DNA from: Acidimicrobiia bacterium
GTDB lineage: Bacteria > Actinomycetota > Acidimicrobiia > Acidimicrobiales > JBBRKR01
NCBI GenBank assembly: GCA_043782545.1
Contig: JAYWAI010000248.1
Span: 1 to 33,101, forward strand
Reading direction: 5' to 3'
Length of the DNA: 33,101 nucleotides
The position numbers and the translations under genes were made by a program. The number at the start of each line of letters is the position of its first letter. Positions within the stretch are counted from its first letter, which is position 1. Shown piece by piece: positions 25,438 through 32,361 of this stretch. The notes beneath the pieces are model-generated. The model had not been told where the DNA came from, did no database searches, and saw only the letters and a list, made by a program, of their open reading frames with translations.

Positions 25438-26786
25438 GTGGCGACAATGACCCTTTCAATGAACGTTGCTTGCATTTCGATAATCGCCGGGACGGTGGGC
25501 TCATATTTGCTGCCGCGCCCTTCGTTCGGTACATGCTCAAGTAGCGCGGAGAGCATCAAGCCCGCTGCCCGGCGATCCAGTGCGTAGGCCCGGCTTTGGC
25601 CGAAGAGTGAGCGCACTGCGGCGCCGATCCCAATCACGGTATCTCGGCACGCAGAGAGGGTTTGCGGGTCGTTGGGATAGCCCTCCGTCCACGAACGCAA
25701 CACCCCGGCATATCGTTCTTGCAATACGATGAAACCGTTGAGCCACGCGCGGAGGGCCGCTGGGTCGTTGGTAGAGGCAGCGACGCCGAGCTGTTGGAAT
25801 GGCGGCGTCATGGCGAGGGCACAATCGTGGGCGAGGTATCGCAACAGGTCGAGTTTGTCAGTGAAATAGCGGTAGTAGGTACCTCGTGCCACACCGGCCT
25901 TTTTCACAATGGCGTCGATGCTGGCGCCATCGAATCCGGAGTCGGCAAATACCGCACTACCGGCGTCGAGCAGATTTCGCATTGTTTGATGGGCCTGGTC
26001 ACTCAGGTCGAATCGGCCAGTCAGAGGCTCGATGTCTGTTCGAGCCGCCAAGTGCGCCAGTGGTCCCATGGCGTCGGGGCTTGGTGATGGGGCCACTCGA
26101 TGCTGACGACCCAGGGCTGACTGCGGCCCGGCTCGCAAGAACTCGTGAGGCGTATCGGGGAAAAGAAAAAGCTGCAAGGCAGTAGCGATGTTGTCGACGA
26201 GTTGCGTGTTGGTGAGGCCGGGTCGATAGACATGGTTGATGTAGTGGTACCGATTGAGGAGACCTAGCACGACGATCGCCGCGGTGTGTTGATCGCGAAC
26301 GGGGTAGCCAGCGGCAGCGAGGGATTCGCCAAACTGCTCGGCGTGTCTGTCGACGTAGCTGGTAACCCGTGGGCGCAGCGGAGCCTTGGGGGACGCCACG
26401 TTGGCCCACTCGACGAACAAGGTGGCATACCGTTCAAACACCCAATTCCACTCGCCGAGCCACCAATGCAAATTGTCGAAGCCTTCGGGTGTCGGACCGA
26501 TTGCACCGAGGCGACGGGTGACCCGCATTAGCGCATCGCCGGCCTCATCCATGAGCTCGATGAAGATCGCTTGTTTGCTCTCGAAATATTGATACAGCGT
26601 GGCGCGCGAAACATCGGCTGCCGTGGCGATGTCATCGACAGACGTGGTGTGAAAACCGATCTTGGCAAAGCAGCCCAAAGCCGATTCGACGATCTGTTGT
26701 CGGGTCTGGGCACCTCGTTCGCCGATGGTAGGACTCGTAGGTCCGTAGCTGTTTCGCCGTTCGAATGCGTCGGATTTTGCCTTCAA
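25434..26786 (-). CDS. Tandem-duplicated (double) TetR-family transcriptional regulator
   Basis: About 450 aa with two complete TetR modules. HTH 1 is QQIVESALGCFAKIGFHTTSVDDIATAADVSRATLYQYFESK. HTH 2 is RNLLDAGSAVFADSGFDGASIDAIVKKAGVARGTYYRYFTDK. My preferred start is TTG 26786, with GGAGGG 3 nt upstream. The 598-aa track ORF runs antisense through the neighbouring DUF35 gene. Confidence 0.8.
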   Translation of the reverse strand: MKAKSDAFERRNSYGPTSPTIGERGAQTRQQIVESALGCFAKIGFHTTSVDDIATAADVSRATLYQYFESKQAIFIELMDEAGDALMRVTRRLGAIGPTPEGFDNLHWWLGEWNWVFERYATLFVEWANVASPKAPLRPRVTSYVDRHAEQFGESLAAAGYPVRDQHTAAIVVLGLLNRYHYINHVYRPGLTNTQLVDNIATALQLFLFPDTPHEFLRAGPQSALGRQHRVAPSPSPDAMGPLAHLAARTDIEPLTGRFDLSDQAHQTMRNLLDAGSAVFADSGFDGASIDAIVKKAGVARGTYYRYFTDKLDLLRYLAHDCALAMTPPFQQLGVAASTNDPAALRAWLNGFIVLQERYAGVLRSWTEGYPNDPQTLSACRDTVIGIGAAVRSLFGQSRAYALDRRAAGLMLSALLEHVPNEGRGSKYEPTVPAIIEMQATFIERVIVAT

Positions 26787-26815
26787 CGACCCTCCGATCC
26801 TCTCGATTGCGCGTG

Positions 26816-26829
26816 TGACGTTAGTGTCA
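26816..26829. promoter_or_regulatory. Candidate operator TGACGT-TA-GTGTCA (2 mismatches, right half perfect)
   Basis: Lies in the 78-bp divergent spacer between the double-TetR operon (-) and the DUF35-thiolase operon (+). The right flank GA extends the symmetry. Confidence 0.4.
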
Positions 26830-26864
26830 GAATAGACCACTGCTCCACGATCAGGGAAGGCAAC

Positions 26865-27290
26865 ATGCCGTTTCAACCATTGCCCACGATTACTGATGAC
26901 ACCGCGCCGTTTTGGGAAGGTGGTGCCGTCGGCGAATTGCGCATCAACCGATGCCGATCCTGCCGCACCTGGTTTCACCCGCCGGCGCCGGTATGCCCTG
27001 AATGTCTGACTATGGACGTGGGCCCAGAAGTGGCCAGCGGTCGTGCCACAGTGGCAGCCTTCACCGTCAATATGCAGCAATGGTCGCTCGACATGGTGGT
27101 GCCCTTCGTGTTGGCCATCGTGGACCTCGACGATCAACCAGGTGTCCGGTTGATGACGCGCATGGTCGACTGCGCTGCTGACGACATGCATGTTGGGTTG
27201 CCGGTCGAGGTCACATTTCAGGCGGCCCAAGACATGTGGTTGCCGTTGTTTCGGCCCTGCTCGGGCAATGACTCGGCGGTGTCGGTATGA
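26865..27290 (+). CDS. DUF35 OB-fold / Zn-ribbon protein (thiolase partner)
   Basis: 141 aa from ATG 26865 (AGGGAAGG RBS). Contains FWEGGAVGELRINRCRSCRTWFHPPAPVCPEC followed by an OB-fold tail. Confidence 0.85.
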   Translation: MPFQPLPTITDDTAPFWEGGAVGELRINRCRSCRTWFHPPAPVCPECLTMDVGPEVASGRATVAAFTVNMQQWSLDMVVPFVLAIVDLDDQPGVRLMTRMVDCAADDMHVGLPVEVTFQAAQDMWLPLFRPCSGNDSAVSV

Positions 27291-28474
27291 CCCCCAGAAT
27301 TGGCGAACGCGACACCCTCATTTCGGGAATTGGGCAGTCGGCGATCGGCCGAAAGTTGGGTCGCACGGGTCTGTCGCTCACGGTGGAAGCGTGTTTGGCG
27401 GCGATAGCCGACGCTGGCTTATCGCGCGACGATATCGACGGCGTGTCGAGCTACCCCGGAGCCATGGACGCCTCGCCTGGCATGTCGCCAACGGGCGTGC
27501 ATGAGCTCAAAGACGCGCTTCGATTGCCGGTGAATTGGTTCTGCGGTGGCGCCGAAACGCCGGGGCAGTTGGGCGCGGTATTTAACGCCATTGCCGCGGT
27601 GTCGGCCGGGCTGGCGAACCATGTGTTGGTATTTCGCACGGTTACCGAATCCAGCGCTCAGACCGCCAGCCGCCGTGCCAGTGTGGTGGGCGGTGGCGGC
27701 CGAGTGGGTGGTGTCATGCAATGGATGGTGCCGTTTCACGCGGTGAGCGCGTCGAACTGGGTGGGGATGTACACCCAGCGCTACATGCACGACTACGGCC
27801 TGACCCGAGAGCAACTCGCCCAAATTCCGCTCAACGCCCGCCGGCACGCGGCGCTCAATCCGAACGCCATTTTCCGGGACCCGCTCACTCTTGATGACTA
27901 CATGAACGCCCGCATGATTTCGTGGCCGTTGTGCCTCTTCGACTGTGACATTCCGTGTGACGGCTCGTCGGCTCTGATCATCTCGCGTTCTGATGCTCGT
28001 GCTGACCTGCGCAAAGTCGTTGATATTGAGGCGATTGGTTCGGCCCTCCATGGTCGAGACTCGTGGGACCAGCGCGCCGATCTCACCGAAATGGCCAGTC
28101 ACGACGCCGCTGGCATGATGTGGTCACGTACCGACCTCAAACCCGCTGATGTCGATTCGGCGCATCTCTATGACGGGTTTTCTTACCTCAATTTGCAGTG
28201 GCTCGAAGCTTTGAATTTCTTTCGCAAGGGCGAGGCCGGCGGGTTTCTGGAGGGCGGCGAAAGTCGGATTGGGCTCGGCGGCGAGTTGCCGATGAACACC
28301 AACGGCGGCCAGCTTTCTGGGGGCCGTTTGCACGGGTATGGCTACCTGCACGAGGCATGTGTGCAGCTGCGCGGCGAGGCAACCGGCCGTCAGGTCGCAA
28401 ACGCGCAAGTGTCGGTAGTGGCCGCCGGTGGAGGTCCACTCGGCGGTTGTTTGCTGCTGACGAGCGGGCGCTAG
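27287..28474 (+). CDS. Thiolase-superfamily protein, SCP-x/Ltp type
   Basis: 395 aa. ATGA overlap with the DUF35 gene. Contains NTNGGQLSGGRLHG. A Cys is present in NWFCGGAETPG, but it is not in the usual register. Confidence 0.85.
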   Translation: MTPRIGERDTLISGIGQSAIGRKLGRTGLSLTVEACLAAIADAGLSRDDIDGVSSYPGAMDASPGMSPTGVHELKDALRLPVNWFCGGAETPGQLGAVFNAIAAVSAGLANHVLVFRTVTESSAQTASRRASVVGGGGRVGGVMQWMVPFHAVSASNWVGMYTQRYMHDYGLTREQLAQIPLNARRHAALNPNAIFRDPLTLDDYMNARMISWPLCLFDCDIPCDGSSALIISRSDARADLRKVVDIEAIGSALHGRDSWDQRADLTEMASHDAAGMMWSRTDLKPADVDSAHLYDGFSYLNLQWLEALNFFRKGEAGGFLEGGESRIGLGGELPMNTNGGQLSGGRLHGYGYLHEACVQLRGEATGRQVANAQVSVVAAGGGPLGGCLLLTSGR

Positions 28475-28512
28475 CCCCTCGCCCCTCGCTAGCCCAACGC
28501 TAGCCCAACGCT
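28470..28512. repeat. Micro-tandem repeats carrying three CTAG motifs in a convergent spacer
   Basis: The 7-mer gcccctc occurs twice (28474-28487). The 11-mer gctagcccaac occurs twice (28488-28509), plus a partial third copy. gctagccc occurs at 28470, 28488 and 28499. The stop codons of both convergent genes lie in these units. Confidence 0.7.
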
Positions 28513-29708
28513 CCGGCTTCTCGCACGGCAGTGATTTCGTCCCAATCGAATCCGGCATCCATCAGGATCGCTTCGGTGTCCTGACCCAGCTCCGGCGCGG
28601 GGCCTGCAGGAGTGGTGTGTACCCCGTCGAATTGCATGGGCGCCGCCACTAAGCGGAATTCGAGGCCGTCGTTTCCAGTCACCAAGGGTAGAAAACCATT
28701 GGGGGCCATTTGTACATGATCATGAACTTCCTTCACGTCAATGACCGGTGCCCAAACTCCGCTGAAACCATCGAACCGTTTTTTCCATTCCTCCAACGTG
28801 GCACTGCCAAAAATGTCGTCCATGACTCGAACGCATTCGGCACGGTTGACATATCGCGCTTGTGCGTTGTCGAATCGCGGGTCGGCAATGAGATCGGGGC
28901 GTTGCATGACGCCGCACAATTCACCCCAGAAACGGTCGGCCTGCAGGAGCACTAAATACAGCCAGCGTTCGTCGGACGTTTTGTACCAATTGGTCAGCGG
29001 GTTACCCGGCTCCTCCCGTGAGGTCGTCATGCTCTGCGCCAAATAGGGGGCGCTCACGATGTCGCACGCCATCGACCACATGCCGACGTTGAGAAGCGAC
29101 ACGTCCACGATCGATGGTTCGCCGGTGTTGGCCCGCTTGAACAACGCCATGGCGATCGCTCCCGCAATGGTGTTGCCACCTTGGAGGTCATAGAACGCCG
29201 GTGGTTGCGGGGGAGGGGTCTTGGTCGGTGATTGGTTGGCGAGCCGATTGGCAAACCCCGAGGAGGCCCATGCCGCGGCCAAGTCGTAGCCGCCCACATT
29301 TTTCATAGGGCCTTGGCTGCCCCAACCGCTCCCGCACACAAAGATGATGTTGGGATTGGCCTGTCGGATCACGTCAATGTCGATATTCAGTTTCTGGCGA
29401 GTCTCGGGCAGGTAGCTCGTGAGGAAAACGTCGCTCACCGCGGCGATCTTCAAGAGTGTCTCGCGCCCCGCTGGAATGCTCAGATTCAGTGTGATGCTGC
29501 GCTTGCCCCGGTTGGGAATTTCGTTAAACGGGTTCGGGCCCGCACTCTCGAAATTCAACATGTTCTTCAAGCCACGCTGAGGGTCGCCCGTTGGGGGCTC
29601 TACTTTAATGACATCAGCGCCGAGGTCGGCCAAGATGGCCCCTGCCGCGGGCACAAACGTCCAGGCGGCAACTTCGAGAACACGTACACCTGCAAGTGGT
29701 TTGGTCAT
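28500..29708 (-). CDS. Family III CoA-transferase (CaiB/BaiF; same fold as alpha-methylacyl-CoA racemase)
   Basis: MTKPLAGVRVLEVAAWTFVPAAGAILADLGADVIKVEPPTGDPQRG is the hallmark N-terminus. I prefer ATG 29708 over 29723, which lies inside the palindrome. Confidence 0.9.
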   Translation of the reverse strand: MTKPLAGVRVLEVAAWTFVPAAGAILADLGADVIKVEPPTGDPQRGLKNMLNFESAGPNPFNEIPNRGKRSITLNLSIPAGRETLLKIAAVSDVFLTSYLPETRQKLNIDIDVIRQANPNIIFVCGSGWGSQGPMKNVGGYDLAAAWASSGFANRLANQSPTKTPPPQPPAFYDLQGGNTIAGAIAMALFKRANTGEPSIVDVSLLNVGMWSMACDIVSAPYLAQSMTTSREEPGNPLTNWYKTSDERWLYLVLLQADRFWGELCGVMQRPDLIADPRFDNAQARYVNRAECVRVMDDIFGSATLEEWKKRFDGFSGVWAPVIDVKEVHDHVQMAPNGFLPLVTGNDGLEFRLVAAPMQFDGVHTTPAGPAPELGQDTEAILMDAGFDWDEITAVREAGALG

Positions 29709-29717
29709 ATGCAATTC

Positions 29718-29731
29718 TGACATATGTGTCA
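29718..29731. promoter_or_regulatory. Candidate operator TGACAT-AT-GTGTCA (1 mismatch)
   Basis: Lies in the divergent spacer between the CoA-transferase (-) and the isochorismatase-like pair (+). The left flank TC extends the symmetry. Confidence 0.5.
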
Positions 29732-29776
29732 GCTATGGTGGCGATTCGACCGGGAGGGACATTTGCCGTGGAGAAA

Positions 29777-30409
29777 ATGCCGAAAACCATTCGAGGACTC
29801 GAGGCGGGCAAACGTCCGGCGCTGGTGATTAGCGAGTGCCAGCGCGGCATTTTGGACCCTGCGCTCACCACGATTGGCGGCCTCGCTGCGCAAGCTGCGG
29901 AGCGAAACATGTTCGTGCATATTGCGCGCCTGGCTGACGCGTTTCGGGGCGCGAATCTACCGGTTGTTCATGCGCATATTGGGTTCCTGCCGGGCTACGC
30001 GGGTGCGGCATTGACGAGCCCCATGATGGGCATGTCGCGCCGCAACAACAAGCTGATGTTGGGCTCGCCCGATGCCGAACCAATGCCGGGTGTCGAACCG
30101 CAGCCCGGCGATTTCGTGTCGCTTCGCCACTCTGGCCTGGTGATGTGGGAAGGCACCCACATCGATTCGACTTTGCGAAATTGCGGCGTCGATACGATCG
30201 TGTTTACCGGCGTGTCCACCAACTTGGCGTTGTTTGGCGGCACGCTCGGTGCAGTGGAGCGGGGGTATTACGCGGTGATCCCCGAGGATGCCACCTCAGG
30301 CGCATCAGCAGAATCGCATCAATGGATGCTGCAAAATTCGTTAAATTTGTTGGCCTGGATCTCGTCCGTCGACGCCGTCATCGATGCCATTTCGCGGTTG
30401 TCAACATGA
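29777..30409 (+). CDS. Isochorismatase-family (cysteine-hydrolase fold) protein
   Basis: 210 aa from ATG 29777 (GGAG 4 nt upstream). Contains PALVISECQRGI and IVFTGVSTNLALFGG. ATG 29735 is an alternative start. Confidence 0.7.
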   Translation: MPKTIRGLEAGKRPALVISECQRGILDPALTTIGGLAAQAAERNMFVHIARLADAFRGANLPVVHAHIGFLPGYAGAALTSPMMGMSRRNNKLMLGSPDAEPMPGVEPQPGDFVSLRHSGLVMWEGTHIDSTLRNCGVDTIVFTGVSTNLALFGGTLGAVERGYYAVIPEDATSGASAESHQWMLQNSLNLLAWISSVDAVIDAISRLST

Positions 30410-31059
30410 GTACGCCAAGCGATCGGTTTCGCCAAATCGTTGATCCGTCGCACACCGCCGTGGTAACCATGGAGCTGCAACGGGGCATCGTGGGCGACCA
30501 GGCCGTGTTGCCGGCATTGCCCGTAGCGGTGCGTGAAGCGGGCATGCTCGAGATCGCGGGACGTGTGTGCCGGGCGGCGCGAATTGTGGGTGCTCGTGTT
30601 GTGCACGCCACCATGGAAGAGCGAGCCGACGGCCTCGGCCAGGCGGTCAACTGCAAGATATTTTCGATTGTGGCCAAGCGCAGGGCCGAGGTCGGGTTTT
30701 CACCCACCGAAATTGGTCAACCAGGGGCCGAACTCGTGGAAGAACTCGACGTGCAGCCAGCCGACGTGAAGGTGGCGCGTATGCACGGCATGACTCCGTT
30801 TACTGGTACGGAACTCGACGCCGTCATTCGCAACATGCGTGTCACCACAATCGTGCTCATGGGCGTCTCGCTCAATCTGGGCATTATCGGAGCGGCACTC
30901 AGTGCGCTTGATTTGGGATACCAGGTAGTGGTTGTTCGTGACGCCGTCGTGGGTTTGCCCAAGGCATATGCGGACGCGGTGCTCGAAAATTCGATCGCCA
31001 TGATTGCTACGGTTGTGACCGCCGATGAGTTGATCGCCGCATGGGGCGAGTCTTTGTAG
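30406..31059 (+). CDS. Isochorismatase-family protein (paralog of the preceding gene)
   Basis: 217 aa from ATG 30406 (ATGA overlap). Contains TAVVTMELQRGI and IVLMGVSLNLGIIGA. Confidence 0.75.
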   Translation: MSTPSDRFRQIVDPSHTAVVTMELQRGIVGDQAVLPALPVAVREAGMLEIAGRVCRAARIVGARVVHATMEERADGLGQAVNCKIFSIVAKRRAEVGFSPTEIGQPGAELVEELDVQPADVKVARMHGMTPFTGTELDAVIRNMRVTTIVLMGVSLNLGIIGAALSALDLGYQVVVVRDAVVGLPKAYADAVLENSIAMIATVVTADELIAAWGESL

Positions 31060-31069
31060 GCCGTGCGTT

Positions 31070-31501
31070 CTAGATGTCGGGAAAGATCGAGTCGGGCACT
31101 TTGCCGTCGACCGTTACTCGTCGCTCCGCAAAGCGCCACTGGCCGTCCACGACGCGGTAGCTGTCGACGTAGCGTCCCCAATGATCAAGCCCAATTGGCG
31201 TGATGACCGAGAAATACACGCGCCCCGTGGCATGGGCCTCATCAACGAGGTCGATCTGATGCGTGGACGTCGAATGGCGTAGGTACGCCGGCGTGTCGTG
31301 GCCGGCGATCTGGGATTGCGTGTTGGTGAAAATGGTCATGACTTCGTCGATGCCGACATAGCTCTGACCCATGAGATGCATTGACGCGTCGAGCGCAAAC
31401 AATGGCCGCACCTGGGCGAAACGCCCGCTGTCGCCGTTGGCGTTGTACCGCGTCACCAAATCTCGGATGCTTTCGCGTGCGATGACTTCCCACAGTTCCA
31501 C
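31070..31501 (-). CDS. NTF2-like / SnoaL-family protein
   Basis: 143 aa from GTG 31501 (GGGGAG 6 nt upstream). The pattern I..L..RY....D......LF..D... and the C-terminal WRFAERRV are typical of SnoaL_4/NTF2 folds. The 294-aa track ORF extends antisense into the next gene. Confidence 0.65.
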   Translation of the reverse strand: MELWEVIARESIRDLVTRYNANGDSGRFAQVRPLFALDASMHLMGQSYVGIDEVMTIFTNTQSQIAGHDTPAYLRHSTSTHQIDLVDEAHATGRVYFSVITPIGLDHWGRYVDSYRVVDGQWRFAERRVTVDGKVPDSIFPDI

Positions 31502-31518
31502 TGAGTTCTCCCCAAAAT

Positions 31519-31532
31519 TGACACATGTGTCA
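31519..31532. promoter_or_regulatory. Candidate operator, perfect palindrome TGACAC-AT-GTGTCA
   Basis: Lies in the 75-bp divergent spacer between the SnoaL-like gene (-) and the HSD10-like SDR (+). Confidence 0.6.
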
Positions 31533-31576
31533 GATCCCGGTGAGACTACCGCACGTTTTCTTAATAGGAGTGTGTC

Positions 31577-32338
31577 ATGCAGATTCAAGGACTTCGGGCC
31601 ATGGTGGTTGGCGGCGCATCGGGCATGGCTCGCGCCACGGTCGAGCGCATCGCCGCCGGCGGCGGCAAGGTCGCCATTTTGGACCGGGCTGGGTCTGCTG
31701 GCGCTGAAGTCGCAGCCGCGGTCGGAGGTACCTATTTCGAGTGCGACATCCTGGACTATGCCGGTATCGAAATCACCATCCAAGAAGCCGTTGATGCGCT
31801 TGGTGGGCTTGACGCTGCGGTCAATACGGCCGGCGGCGGCATCGGCGCCAAGACCCTCACAAAAGACGGACCGCACCCGCTGGAATCGTTCCGTGGCGTC
31901 ATCGAGCTCAATCTGGTGGCCACGTTCAACCTCAACCGATTGCAAGCATTCCACATGAGTAAGAACGAGCCCAACGAAGACGAGGAGCGCGGCGTGATCA
32001 TCAACACGGCGTCAATTGCTGCGTTCGAAGGGCAGATCGGCCAAGTTGCCTACACCGCATCAAAAGCCGGCATTGCTGGCATGTCACTCACCATGGCCCG
32101 AGACCTCGGCTTCTACGGCGTGCGCGTGAATGCCATTGCGCCGAGCCTGTTCGACACGGGCATTACTTCGGGACTTCCTGACTCGATGAAGGGCCCGCTG
32201 ACCAAGGATGCTGCGTTCCCCAAGCGCATGGGTAAGCCCGACGAGTACGCCCGCTTGGCCGTTGCCATCATCGAAAACCCGATGCTCAACGGCGGCACAA
32301 TTCGCCTCGACGCCGGGCAACGTTTCGCCCCCAAATAG
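31577..32338 (+). CDS. SDR, type II 3-hydroxyacyl-CoA dehydrogenase (HSD10-like)
   Basis: 253 aa. Contains GLRAMVVGGASGMARAT, NTAGGG.., NTASIAAFEGQIGQVAYTASKAG and RVNAIAPSLFDT. AGGAG RBS. Confidence 0.85.
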   Translation: MQIQGLRAMVVGGASGMARATVERIAAGGGKVAILDRAGSAGAEVAAAVGGTYFECDILDYAGIEITIQEAVDALGGLDAAVNTAGGGIGAKTLTKDGPHPLESFRGVIELNLVATFNLNRLQAFHMSKNEPNEDEERGVIINTASIAAFEGQIGQVAYTASKAGIAGMSLTMARDLGFYGVRVNAIAPSLFDTGITSGLPDSMKGPLTKDAAFPKRMGKPDEYARLAVAIIENPMLNGGTIRLDAGQRFAPK

Positions 32339-32361
32339 CCGGTGAGGCTGTAATTGGCTCG

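Noticed and set aside
26787-27230. N-terminal extension of the TetR ORF to 598 aa
   Set aside because: The extension runs antisense through the well-supported DUF35 gene (26865..27290) and has no TetR-like sequence. A TTG with a GGAGGG SD at 26786 gives a sensible 450-aa double TetR.
30145-30405. Upstream extension of the second isochorismatase ORF (304 aa)
   Set aside because: The extension is out of frame within the first isochorismatase gene and is Arg-rich. The ATGA-coupled start at 30406 is far more plausible.
1301-31532. Possibility that the TGACAC-N2-GTGTCA sites are KstR/KstR2 or CRP-type boxes
   Set aside because: The half-site sequence and spacing do not match KstR (TnnAACnnGTTnnA), KstR2 (AnCAAGnnCTTGnT) or CRP/GlxR (TGTGA-N6-TCACA). 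I therefore keep it as an unassigned motif.
31502-31954. Extension of the SnoaL-like ORF to 294 aa
   Set aside because: The extra 150 residues are antisense to the HSD10-like SDR gene and cross the operator. GTG 31501 with a GGGGAG SD gives a normal ~143-aa NTF2-fold protein.
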